Assembly: GCA_018398765.1 (NCBI GenBank)
Contig: JAHBMJ010000051.1
Span: forward strand, 1 to 58,229
Origin: Chromera velia
Taxonomy: Eukaryota
Length of the DNA: 58,229 nt
Reading direction: 5' to 3'
Shown in pieces: positions 12,896-25,587 of this stretch (the first letter of the stretch is position 1; the number at the start of each line of letters is the position of its first letter). The position numbers were made by a program, and so were the translations under genes. Below the pieces are notes generated by a model. It searched no databases. It saw only the letters and a list, made by a program, of their open reading frames with translations, and was not told the DNA's origin.

Positions 12896-14427
12896 GAATG
12901 AATGAATGAATGAATGAAGTTGGCTTTGCTAGAGTGGAGCCGTGCTCCCAGCAGCCCATGTTCATGCAAGAGATCGTCAATCACTCAACTCTAGAGATAA
13001 GGCTAAGCGCGAGATCCCCTGAAGTGCTCGCTTGGTGAGCTCACGAGCAGCATGCGCGTTGGAGGTGGCAATAGAAGACTCGAACAGAAGAAGAAAAGGT
13101 CGCGTTCACACAGAAACAGGCGTGCACAGTGAGTAACAAAGATCGTAAACGGCTCTGCATGCTTCATACGGATCGACTTGTAAAGCCAAAAGCAGCATCT
13201 TCCTCGCTTCTGTTTCGGCTGCATCCGATCCCTCAATTCCTTCTCTCTGAATCCTTTGCTTCACTTTCTTTCCCTCTACCACTTTGTTTAGTTTATTTCT
13301 TGCTTCTACCCAATTGGAGCATACTGAAAGCCGGTGTCAGAGATCATCAATTTTTCTTCTATTTGAACAACCCTCTGCCAGACAAAACACCTCTCCCGGA
13401 GAGTTGCCCCCCCCCCTCAGACCCTTCCGATTTAGTGTCAATACCCTTAGGAGTGGCTCAATCTTCTCACATAAGGCACTTCTCGGCAGACAGGACATCC
13501 GTACCTTGGGGCCATTCTTTGAAGACAAAAGAAATAGAGAAGAACGTGAAGAAGACGGAAGAGCTCTTTGCAGTCCTGATAAAGAGGCAGAGAGGGGGAA
13601 GTTGCCCCTTTCTTCCCTGTCTCTTCTTTTCATGCATTCCATTCCCCAGACATCCTTAATTTTGGCAGACACAAACAAATTCCCCTTCGGGGCCCGTCTT
13701 TCTGAGCTCCGGACAGGGAGAGACGTCAAAAAGTCAAGGCCTGCCCATCTGAACAGACCATTGACGGCTCGTCTTTGCTTCTGCCCCGCTGGTCCCTTCC
13801 ATGAATTCAAAAGAGCCTGAGGAATACGGAGATGCGAACGGCTAAGTGCAATTCAGAATGAAGCAAAACGAGCACACAAGAGCGCGTGAGCAGACATTAA
13901 ATTAACAGACAAAAGAGAGGGTACACGTAAACTCCTGACCGGAAGTCGGGCCGCCCATCGAACAAACCGGAGCCGCAAGTTGTCAATCGCCTCCCAGTCT
14001 CCCTGTCTTATCGGAAAGCACTCCAGGCTATAGAGTGCCACCGGCTCCCAGCACGCCTTCAGCAGCTGCATCTTTCCTCCGAGAGGCAACCCAGACAGAC
14101 TCGCAGCCAGACCAATCACCACCCCCATTGTACGCTCTGCACTGCGTAGGCATGCTTCAATCGACCGAGTCAAGTCCCCTCCCTCAAACAGAAGGCAACC
14201 CAAATATTTGTACTGATCACACCAGTCTACTTCCTTCCCTTAGTACAAAATCATGCCGTTACAGTCCTCGCGGTATTCACAAAGGCGCAGGACCTTGGTT
14301 TTCTTCAGATTAACATTCAACCCCCACTTTCCGTAATACCCCTCCAGGGCATCGAATTTTGCTTGGAGGTCGGCTGCTGAGTGTGCAAACAAGACAAGAT
14401 CATCAGCGTAACCTATACTTCCCAAAC

Positions 14428-15948
14428 TAGGGTATGACACTCTACAGACAATCCCTAACTACAACTTTTTTGATGAAAAAATAAAACTTTAACCCAATTT
14501 ATAAACTTTAAAAAGCAAAAGAACCCTAAAAAACTACTAATTAGAGTATAAGTCTAAGGTTCAAGTAAGTTTTAAGTGGTTATAGTTGGTTCTAAGGTCG
14601 GTGTCACTTCCGGTTCTGGTCATTGGTTTATGAACCGAATGAACAGAGACAAGAACTATTAGAACTTTTCTAAACCAGAAGGAACCCAATCAAAACCGTG
14701 AAAACCGGGCTTGAACCATCTAAACCAAGCTCTCAACTGATGATTTAGCTCTCCATCATCGATCAGACTCATGTATGACGGTCAATCAGAGTTATGCATG
14801 ATCAGACAAATGATATAAATGATCTCAGTCAGTCTCAGACGGTTAAATGAAGCAGAATGAATCGAACCGGTCCCCGCGCGAACGCAAAAACAATGGCCAG
14901 ACAGATGGAACGAGGTGGGGGCTTAGCCCAGGGCAATAGGGATCCATCTTTTGTTAATGATCGATGCAACAAAGGGGCATGTATGCGATGAGGCGGACAC
15001 AAAATGAATGAAGGGCTAAGCTTCATCAAAAGTAAAAGCAGATGAAGAACGGCTTATCGTGAGACAGTGAAAGATGCAGAAAACGATTCCTTGCCTCTGA
15101 TGCCCTCTTAATACATAAACAAAAGAGAAAAACTGAGAGAAACAAACTTTACTTGCCGTGGCCCTTGGTATCATCCTTGAGTACAGCCTTCGCAGACTTG
15201 GGAGACGCGTTCTCGTTTGTCTGCGTCGACCCTTTCCTCCCGGACCCCCCGGCTGGAGTGTTATTCTTTGCCGTTTCAGCAAGTAAAAATTTCAATGCTG
15301 TTGTTTTTTCTCCTTTGACAATGCGCCGTTTATGTATGCCTCAATTAGACGACATTCCAATCAGTGACATTTTTTTGGGGGTTTATGAGGCCGTTGTGGT
15401 TGCTGGAGTGTTATTCTTTGCCGTTTCAGCAAGTAAAAATTTCAATGCTGTTGTTTTTTCTCCTTTGACAATGCGCCGTTTATGTATGCCTCAATTAGAC
15501 GACATTCCAATCAGTGACATTTTTTTTTGGGTTTATGAGGCCGTTGTGGTTGAAGATGGTCTGAGAGTTGAGACTGAAGAGCTTGCACGTCTTGAGACAG
15601 CCTTTCAAGAGTCAGAAGAGTAGTCTGATGACAGCTAAATGTATAGAAAATGCACAGAAAGTTGGTTCTTGTTGGTTCCAGCTCGTTCCAGCTAGTTCAG
15701 GTAAGTTCTGTTTTGAGTTCCTGAACCACCCTTCTAGACATTTTGGAACTTTACCTGGCACCTAGCAGTTTTTTTGCCAGAACTGAAAAGATTTACAAGC
15801 TAGTGACTCTATTTATGTTGCAATGTGGTTTTTTTGGCTCAGAACCACAAAAAACATACTTTTAGAGTGTAAGTTTTTGTTTAAAACCCTAGGGGGGGGA
15901 GGTTATAATTAATTTTTATTTTTTTAATTTTTTAGTGTCATATTCTAA
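14428..15948. mobile_element. Non-autonomous TIR DNA transposon inserted in the LINE RT, just before YADD
   Basis: Termini TAGGGTATGACACT...AGTGTCATATTCTA(A), with TTCCCAAAC duplicated at both junctions (TSD 8-10 bp depending on the boundary chosen). Removing the element restores ...AGASLGSIGYADD. Confidence 0.85.
15252..15551 (+). repeat. 150-bp direct tandem duplication inside the TIR element
   Basis: GCTGGAGTGTTATTCTTTG...GCCGTTGTGGTT occurs twice; ORF 15153-15623 repeats a 50-aa block. Confidence 0.9.
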
Positions 15949-18900
15949 TTCCCAAACTGGCACCAGCAAGGTGAACCCCCTCCGTTTCCTTTCCATCTCC
16001 CGGTTTTCCTTTCTGAATCTCATCATGCAGGTCATTAATGAATAATAGAAAAAGCGATGGGGACAATGCATCACCTTGCTTAACCCCTGCCCCCTCCGGG
16101 AATAGAGCCGAGTCCCCATCGACTCTCGCTTTCACGCCTCTATACATTGATGCAATCATCAACAGATCTCTCTTCTCTATTCCCTCAGCCTGCAGCTTTG
16201 CCAGAAGCTTCAGCCGAGGGATGGAGTTAAACGCCTTTGAGAAGTCGACAAATCCGCCCAGGAGCCCCTTCTTGCCTCTTCTGCATTTCTGTACCAAGCC
16301 TACCACTGCTCCGATCCCCTCTCTTATGCCCACCCCTTTCCTAAACCCGATCTGTCTGTCGTTAAAACGAGCTTGCTGACGGATTCTATTATCCATAAGG
16401 AGACTAAAGAGCTTTGTAAGGGGATTAACAGCATGGACTGGACGCTAGTCATTCGGCTGTGGCGAAGGGGAACCTTTTGGGATAGGTACGATTCTCAATA
16501 AATCCCAGTTATCAGGCCAACATGCATATGCATGCATTAAATTAAAGAAAACAAACAAAAGGAAGCGAGAGATGGGAGAGTGACAAAAGCAAAGGTCGAG
16601 TTGTTGAGGAGAAATGCCATCGAGCCCTGCCGCTTTCTTTCTATCCATTCCTTTCAGACGATCAGTCACCTGTTTATACGAGAAAATGAATTGCTTCAGG
16701 GGCTCCGGCTCTAGATCAGGCTCTGGTAATTCTTCGCTCTCCCCCAAAACCCGTGCCCAATGGTTTGAAAAGTCTCTTACCCCTGGTCTCAGACCGTCTT
16801 TCGATAACTTTCTCCTTTCTTTCCAAAGGAAGAGGGGGTCATTAAGCAAATGTGTCTTCACTTTTTCAGTTTTTGCTCTCTCATATCTCTTCCTTTTCTG
16901 CCGGAAGATCTCTCTCCTTTTTTTTAAGATGTCTTTCACCTTTTCCTGCTTTAACTCTCTCTCCACCCCACTTGCACAGTCCTCAACTTCTTTCCTTACT
17001 TTCTTCAGATATTCCTGCAGCTCTTTACATTCCTCATCCCACCATCCTTCCTTCTCTCTAAACAATGTTTTGGAGGTAGGAGGCTGTTGCTTCTCTGTCG
17101 CTTTCGCTATTACTTCCTTCACCGGCCCAACCAAAACCCGACACTAGGCTGTGGCCAAGGCTTTCGCCCGGTCTTTCTTATCTTGAGGGCTCACTGGGGA
17201 GGAGGTTAAAGAAGAGGGCAAAAAGGCTGTCGAGGAGGGTGGGGAGGAAGACACAGGAGGGGGTGGGGGAAGGGGAGGCTCTTCGAATGGTTCAACTTCT
17301 CTATAATGCTCCCGGAGTCCCTGCCATGTCTCTCCCACCAGCTCTCTTGCTGCTGCCGCTATTGGCAGCAAATTCTCATCTTTCACCGCCGCTTTTCTAA
17401 TGGATCTGTAAAGCGGGAGGCACTGCTGCAGGGATGGGGCATCCGTCCGCTTTCCCGCAGCCTCAAGTGAAGAAGAGAGGAGAGAAAAACAGATAGATAC
17501 ATGGTCATGATCGGAGCCAATCAGTCCATCGAAAGCGATTTCCTAGTCCATGCAAGAGGAGAGAAGAAAAGGGTCAACCAATGCATAATCGACAACGGAT
17601 GCCTGTTTTTTCGTATTCTTTGATTTACAGGTATAAGCACCCAAAAAGCGGAAGCCTTTGCCTCCACACTTCCCTTGCAGACCATTCAGGATGAGCAGGT
17701 TGCTTTCACCGCAAAGATGCACCAATTCATGGCCCATGGGGTCGACTGACTGCTTGCATTCTGAATGCCGGGTGAAAGAGGGAGCCGACTCGTCAGAGCC
17801 GGTAGATTCGTCCTGTTCAAACAGTTGCTCACGATTCCATTCGAGACCTTCTAGACAGAGCGATGCTGTATGAGAGTTGAGGTCTCCCAGGATCACTCCC
17901 AGCTCTCCCAGGGGGACAGAGCACAGAAAATCAGACAGGATCTCTTTTGTGTTATCTTTCTTATGATTTGACCAACCCCCCGGCAAATACACCCCAAACA
18001 CATGCAGTTTTCTACCCGACGAGTGGATGGCCACCCTGGCGATGCTCGGCCCTACTAGCTCAAACTCTGGTCTGAGTTCCCCCCAACAGTCCGATTTGAC
18101 CAAAATGCATACGCCTCCAGACCGGATTTCTTTGTCTGCACAAGCGGAATGGACTTTTGTCTTTCTCCTTCTCCATTCCCTATGTGACCAATTTACTCCT
18201 TTCCAACCCCCCAGTTCTAGATCGCAGGACAGGTGCTGTGTTTCGACCAGAACCACAACATCCGCATCCGTTTCAGTGAGCCATGAACGAATGTCTCCAT
18301 TTCTTATCTTCCACTACAATCCTTCCACATTGATGTAGGCAAAGCGCAGATGGTCCCGTGGGTGAGACACCGTCAAGTCCTGGTAGCAAACATTCCCTCG
18401 CTTCTTGAACTTGCCTCTTCTCACCTTCCAATACTCCCTCACAGCTTTTTGTATGATTATTCTCTCATCCTCCGACCTTTCTTTCATCAAGTCCCTTTCC
18501 TTTACCCATTCAAGACCAGACTCAGGAGAGCGCCTGATTTCAAACCATCTCTCACCACCGTACAACCTTTTATGCCCTAATACAAGTAGAGGAGGAGAAG
18601 AAGAAAAAGAAGAAGAAGAAGAAGAAGAAGAAGAGGAGGGGGGAGAAGAAGAATCTAAAAAAGAAGAAAAAGAAGAAGAGGACGATTTGGGAGGAGCATG
18701 CGAGGCAGCAGAGTAAGAAAAATTATCCAGAATATCACGATCTCTCCTTCGTTTCTTTCTCCTCCTTCTCTTGCTATGTGGGATGAGGAGTGTCAAGGCT
18801 GGCACAAAAGAGGAAGATCAATAAATAGGAGGGAGATCGCCCCGCGGGGAAGAGGACTCAGAGTCAGAAAGGCGTGGTAATCCAGAAAAAGGGGAAACGA

Positions 18901-19439
18901 AAGGGTGAGCCAGATTTCACTGGAGAGAAACTACACAGAACGGTCTCTCTTGGCGTGACAAAAAATCTTTGAGAAGGATTACTGTCAACAGAAAAAGAAT
19001 CTCAGAATCTTTTTCATACCATATTAGGGTCAATCGATTAATCGATCGATCATGCAAATTAAATCAGCTTGTCGGTCAATGCGTTGGAGATTGAGGCGAT
19101 TATGCATGCAATCAATTTGAGAGAGTGGCGCAATTGATCGATCAACGGGAGAAAGCGCAGATACAGACATGTTATTGAAAAAAAAGCCGAGAACAAAGAA
19201 AGAAGGTGTATGTGTGTGAAGAAGCATTTCGTCGGCAGATTAAATGTACAAAGTAGAGACACGACAAAAAAAAAGAGAAAGCGATACGGGATGTGCAAAG
19301 GAGGGAGAGAGAGAGAGAGAGAAAGAGAGAAAGAGAAAGAGAGCAGATTCGTTTCAGCTTCACAATATTCTGGAAGGAAGCATCACCCTATATACACGTT
19401 ATCACCACAGTAAGAAAGATTCTGAATCTAAAGTGCACT

Positions 19440-22400
19440 GACGGTCTCTCCAGAAGCCAGCGCAGTGCCTGATCTACCAGATGAGAGGCAGCGAAGATGA
19501 TGCCCTCCTCAGTCTGCAGAAGGTCAAGGAGACTGCAGATCTCTCCAAGCATTTCGCACCTGCAGACCAACAGAAAGAAAGAAAGCAAGCAAGAAAGAAA
19601 GAACAGACAGGCAGATAGAGAAAGAGACACCCAGGCAAGCAGGCGGGCAGGCAAGAAGCGCGCACACACACACACATACACACACACACATATATACACA
19701 CACACACACATACACATACACATATACATACACATACACATCACACACACACACACACACATACACACACACACGCACACACACATTCAGACATACATGT
19801 GTATGCCTAGAGAGAAATAAAACCACGTTGATGGGTACCCTCCCGCTGTTGAGCGGGCGGACTTCTATAGAGATAAAGTGGTAAGGACCGACAAGGAGAA
19901 TCGTCAAGACAGATGCACAAACGTGTGTGGAGTGGAAAGAGGAATGCACATCAATTTGTTAGAACCTCCCATTCAAGAGTGCCCACAACATTCCAGGTCG
20001 GCTATTAAAATTTGTCGAAGAAAAAACTAATATGCACATTGATTGATATATCTCCGCATCGAAAGCGGAGACTGGGGTTAGAGAAGGGCTTACGCTTGGT
20101 ACCACAGGAGCTTTTATCCCCTGCCCACTCCACTCGGTGCACCCCAAGTTGCTCTTTAACCTTGTTCTGGTCTACCAAGGGCAATACAGGGGGGAAAGGA
20201 ACCCCAGATGCCACCTCCATGAACTAGTGGGAGGATCTAATCAGATTCAGTCCCCCAGCTATTCTCAGTAGTACTCCCCCCTCCTGTCAGATCCCCTAGA
20301 GTCATGATCCTCATCATTGTAGACAGCCTCAATGCGGGATGGCGAGGAGAGCCCCCCCCCTATCCGGTGCCTCCGCCCCTTCCTGTACTAACCTACGATC
20401 TACTTCCCACCGACGACGTGCCGCCTGAGCAACCTCTCTCATTTATCCAAGGAAAAAGTCTGTCCCATCAGACAATCACCTCCACAAACTGGTGGGAGCC
20501 TCTCCTGTCATTACGGATGGCGATGACACCCCACTTAGCAGTTTTTTTTTACTGTAAAAAATTTTATCTGCACAGATACACATATGTATGGAAGGCATTT
20601 GACTGCATGGGTCACACCGATATATGTACTGGGGAGCATGCAGATAAAAGTTACATTGTTGGGCGTTTTCTAACTTTCGTCTCCGCCACAATCTGTAAAT
20701 GCGCCCCGTTCTTCCATTTTCTTCTACTCTATTCCCTTTCTGATACGATACATATGCAGCACTCATCTGAGGCAGGAATCCAGACTGACCATGCGGCACA
20801 CAGGGCTTGTTAATGAGGAAGAGGACTTTCTTATATGTCGTCGACATTGCTCCTGCACATTTAATTTGAAGGCAAAGGAACAGAGAGCATGAGTGATCTA
20901 TCGCAGAAATAGAAAAATGTATTGACTGATCCCCCCAACTATAAGCTTTAAAGTTTTCCGCCACACATTTGGTGGACTTAGAGATACCCAAATTCCAGCC
21001 CATGCATCGTCCTGAATGAACCTGTGCATGCGGTCTGAACAAAAGAGCGTGGCTCAGAACACCTTCGGGAGCAGTTCCGCACTCTAATTCCAGTAGGTGA
21101 AAACGATGATGAAAAATCCTATCCCAGGGTCATGCCCCCATCAAATCGGCATGTTACCCCCATGATTATCGTATAGACCGGGACCAGATGTGTACCACCC
21201 GACTCTCAGGCCCCATTCTCTTTTTCAGTCAGTCACTCAGCTTTCTTTTACCTGCTCACCCACTGGCAGCGGCACCTACAACACCTCAAAAGATGACAGT
21301 GAATTCAGAAAGCGTGATCAAGGAAACAAAACAAACCGATACACTTTCGAGATGACATTTCTCTTTGTAGTATACATGCAAGACCACCAAAAAGAACGCA
21401 CTTGAACAAAATTCCGCAAGCCAGATGTGATTGCAGAGAGACTGTCACCGACCTGATTCTCTTTACACCTTCAGGGGAAACCACCTGAAAGAACGGACGA
21501 GTGACCTGCTTATCCATCACTGCAAATGCAAAGTCAGTCCACTCGGCCCTCCCGGCTGCCTCCTCTGCTGCACTTCGAATGCTAGATGGCTGGTCACTTG
21601 TGGCTGCCCTCTCTGTACAACCTCCAGACTCCTCGTATCCGGAGGTGGAAAGGAGTTTACCCTAATGGACACTGTGCAGTCCATCAAATGAAAAAAATAC
21701 TCAGGGTACTCCCCTGCCTCCTCCTCTTCTACCTCCTTCGCCGTCTCCCCAAGTAGCCTGTGTAAAGGAACGGGAACCCTGCATAGCTAAGGGAGCACAT
21801 ACATCTGCATGTGCAGAGCTTAGCGAGAGTGGAACAGATCAGACAGCACCTTCCCCTCGTGTGCATAGAAAAGAGCGAGGAGAACGTTTCCGCCTCCCTC
21901 GGACTCTCTCTGCATATGGTGACCCCAGTACAGGTACCGCAAGTTATGCAAATTCAAATTTTTCGTATAAACAAGTATTCTTGGCTACTCATTCTCGATA
22001 TTTACAGACATCGCCAAGAGAGAGAAGTGGTGCAGAGGAGAAGGGATAGAGAAAAGGCTCACCAAAATCTTCTTCACTCCCCCCCCTTCCTTCCTCAACC
22101 TCGCTTACCTGGCAGTTTGACGTTGTTTGGTTCCAGGACCTTCATCCTGTTCAACCACACTCGCTCAGTCATCGTTTCGTTGCCTGCAATACAATGTCAT
22201 CAACTATGATAAAGAAATGAGAAAAGAAACGGTCTCATTCAATATGTTTTCTTTTTTCTTCTTTTCTTTCTTTCTTTCTTTCTTTCTTTTTTTTTTTTCT
22301 TTCTTTCTTTCTCTTTCTTTCTTCCTTTCTGTCTGTCTTTCTTTCTTTCTTTTCTTTCTTTCTTTCTTTCTTTCTTTCTTTGTTTTTTCTTTCCTTCTTT

Positions 22401-22534
22401 CTTTCTTTCTTGCTTTTCTTCTTTCTTTCCAGGGGGGCTCTTCCTTCCTTCCTTCCTTCCTTCCTTCCTTCGTTCGTTCGTTCGTTCGTTTGTTCCCTCC
22501 TTCCTTCCTTCCTTCTTTCCTGCTTTCCTTTTTT

Positions 22535-22566
<32 letters not shown>

Positions 22567-24975
22567 TTTTTCTTTCTTTCTTTCTTTTTTTCTTTCTTTC
22601 TTTCTAAGACTTTCTTTCTTTCTTTTGTCTCTCCCTCCCTTGAAAGTTCATGCTTTCTTTTTTCCTTCTCCCTTTTTCTCCTCCCCTCTTTCCCTCCTTC
22701 CCTCATCTTCCCCCCTTCTCTCTTTTCCTCTTTCAACCAAGTTTGACTGACCTCTGTGCTCGCGTGGTCCCCATTTTCCGAACTTGGTCCAAGCTTTTAA
22801 ACTTAGGCTTCTTCTTCCTCCTGTCTCTCTCGTTTTTCTTGTTGAAACGTTGCTGAAGGAAGAAACGATCGGCAAACTTCCATACCTCAATGATGTAGCT
22901 GACACCGGGGTTCATACCCAAAATGGCTTCGGCTTTCACTGCTGCTGTGGAGAATCTAGGTGGAGGATGCAAACTCAGGGGAGAAGCCTTGCCTGAGTAT
23001 CAGACTCTGCTCTTCAGTGGCTTTCTCGACAGCCGCAGTTGAAGGGGCGACAGAGACTTTCACAGAGGGGACCAGGTCTGTAGGTGGTGAGGAAAGGAAG
23101 GAAACGACAGAGGACGAAGGGGGTGCAGAAGAAGCCGCAGGAAGGACGATGCACGGGGATCAGGACTGTCTTCGGCCTCAGGCTGTTAGACGACGGAAGA
23201 CAAACAGGATAGAGGAGGATCCCTCCAAGTTGAACCCTGACTCTTTGTCGTCAATGAACGGGGACGGTTGAACTCTCCTGAAGCCGCAAAGCATAACAGG
23301 GGCGTCCCGTCCATACCTGGAGCGATTTGCGGAAATGGAGAGGGGAAGCTGACAGGTCTTTGCTGTTCGTGCTTCTCTTCCTAGGGGGGGGCACTCTGGA
23401 AGGTTATGGTGGATTTTGAGCCCAAAATAACATAAAATATGAAGAAAAACAGATTTTTGCGAGCTAGTCCGGCAACTTGGAGCTCCGCCTGGTCAAGTTA
23501 TGTCAAAATCTGATGTTTTTGAAGTGTAAGCTATGCGGTTACTTTGGGTTACCCCCTTTTTATCTTTGTCACACAAAGAGGTTACAGGTTACCCGGTTAC
23601 GGGCATTTTGACCTCAGTAACCAACCAAATTTTCAACTTTTAAAAGTATTCAAAATGATGTTTAGAACACGTTTGAATGTTTTTTGAAGGAGGTTACTTC
23701 ATTTTTGAGGGGGGTCAAAAAAGGTTACGGGTTACCCGGTTACGGGGGATTTGGGGGCAAAGTGAGTGTGACACATCATTTTTTATCATTTTTGACCATT
23801 ACCTGAATTGTTTAACAATCTTGAAGCAAGTTTTGTGAGTAACCAAACATAACTAATCGATTGGCACCACTTTTGACTGATGGTTACATGTCATACGTTG
23901 TAAGGGGGGGGTCTAGGGTCAGTAACCATGGTGTAACCGGCTGAAGTGCCCCCCCCTAGTTCTCTTCTCTGTTCTTCAACACTCCCATTGTCTTTTCTTT
24001 CTGTTTCTCCTGCGGTTGGTTGGTTTGAGAGGGCGCAGGGGGCCCAATTCCAAGGAACCGGTCGAGAGTGAAACTCGGATATTTCTCACTTAATGCCAGA
24101 CAGTACTGACACCAGTCCGATGGAGGGCCGCCCTCGCCCCCGAAGAAAACACAAAAAACCCAACCCAGGCAACCTGGTGCCATAGGCTGTGACACGCATC
24201 CTAAAAAAACGCGTCTCCGTGGTGGGACAGGAATTGTGTCTTACACCCCCCCCCCCAGACTAACGCCAGCCCTGTCTGCCCCTGTCTGCCACGCAGACCA
24301 GAGGAGGAGGCAGGCAATGCGCCACTTGCTAAAGCGCGCAAAGCGGTGATACAGGGGGGGGTAGTACTGGGACTCTCCGACTCTACCCCCTCAAACAGAA
24401 AGTGGACGACTGCGTTGTGCTTTTCCTGCTGTTGCATATGCATTTCCAACAAAAGACCGATTCGATGGCGGAGGGAGGCCATTGTCTCAATCCTCTGTCG
24501 TGCGATCGGGTCAGAAACTGAAACGCACGATAAGTCCTGCTCCCCGGCATCTTCATAGGGACGTACGCAGGGAGGCAAGTCCCTTGGAAGCACGCCGCAC
24601 ACGCAGAAGGATTTGTTTCACCGAGGGCGAAGCACTAGGGTGAAGCAGTACCGAGCCTAGTGGAAGTACTGCCACTCTTCTCTGCCAACCACAAAAGGAA
24701 ACTGCTCTTGCTGTAGCAACAGAGGAATCTCAAACGAGGGGCCATGCTAGTAGCATTACTGTGCAGCCCACTCGATCTGCAGCTGCAACGCTGGGGGAAA
24801 CGCCATGTCTCCACATCGGAATAAAAAAAGAGAAAGGCGGAGAAAGGCAAGTGAGCGTGTCTCTGCTGAAAACCGAGAATCCTTTGCCCAAATTCGAGCT
24901 GACAAACGTCTTTAGAGAATTTTGGAGCTCCACACTGGGCAGAGAGCGTGCCATAGTCTCAGAATTCGGTTGCAA
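19440..24975 (-). pseudogene. Possible degraded multi-exon gene of unknown product, interrupted by a MITE
   Basis: Exon-like segments bounded by CAG acceptors and GTCAGT donors (for example about 19560-19443), microsatellite introns, and low-complexity frames broken by stops. No domain recognised. Confidence 0.25.
23384..23956. mobile_element. MITE with G8CACT / AGTGC8 terminal inverted repeats, inserted at a (C)TA(G) site
   Basis: CTA-GGGGGGGGCACT...AGTGCCCCCCCC-TAG; AT-rich non-coding interior with many GGTTAC/GTAACC motifs. Confidence 0.8.
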
Positions 24976-25188
24976 CTAGAGACCCCAGATGTAGCCAGTT
25001 ACTACTAGACTAAGGGAGTCACTGAGCGTCTCTGTGCAACATTAAACTTCAAAAATACGCTGCCGTCAATTGAAGACGACAGACACTACATTTGTCAGCC
25101 AGTTTAAATATTTGGACAGGGCATGGATGGCCAAGTCTGTCATGAGTCTGTTCTATATGGAAGTAAAATATGGGAAAGCCGTGAAAAG

Positions 25189-25508
25189 CGTTACGTTGTG
25201 GCTTGTACGGCGACTTAATCACCCGCCAAACTTGCTAGAACTGGGACTGGGAAACTAATTTCACAATACTAAGCCTGGCCGGCATTAATTAAGTGCACTA
25301 AGAGAATTAAGTGACAGACTGACAATACAGAGAAAGAAATAATAGACTTGCAATACAGAAATAAATAGAAGTATGCCGTACAGTCTTCGTCCACCTGTAT
25401 CGCTTGAGTAGAGTCCTTGGAAGTGAACTCTGACTGACAGACTTAAGGAGGTAAGGTACGATAAGTCTCCAACTAGACTATGTTCTTAGTCTAGGACGAA
25501 ATCTGATA
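25189..25508 (+). repeat. 5' LTR of the gypsy element
   Basis: Direct repeat of 30491-30810 (about 14 differences counted by eye), followed immediately by the PBS. Confidence 0.95.
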
Positions 25509-25587
25509 TGGTAGCAGCAGAGCCCCGGTCCTCCGCCTCAGGGAGAACCCACTCTGCTTCTCAACCGTTGTTTGAAGTACGGGCAGG

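Larger units (their letters stand above)
12896..19016 (-). mobile_element. Degenerate non-LTR retrotransposon (APE endonuclease + RT) with a (TTCA)n 3' tail, interrupted by a TIR element
   Basis: APE motifs: FAYINVEGL, LVET, GVYLP, LGDLNSH, VVDY, SDH. RT motifs: AAGLDG, IVPIPK, QIGFR, FVDFSKAFNSI, GVKQGDALSPSLF, YADD, GLNVNLKKTKV, YLG. The five ORF pieces from 18805 to 15938 share one frame and are separated by stops. The microsatellite tail lies at about 12896-12917. Confidence 0.92.

Noticed and set aside
19388..19949. Cys-rich 'MCVCVCV' ORFs resembling metallothionein
   Set aside because: Translation of (CA/TG)n microsatellite; the same applies to 32051-32330.
20304..21042. ORFs of 169 and 188 aa considered as transposase or Fanzor/TnpB remnants
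   Set aside because: No DDE, RuvC or Zn-finger motif identifiable.
22127..22750. F/L/S-rich and K/E/R-rich ORFs
   Set aside because: (CTTT)n microsatellite.
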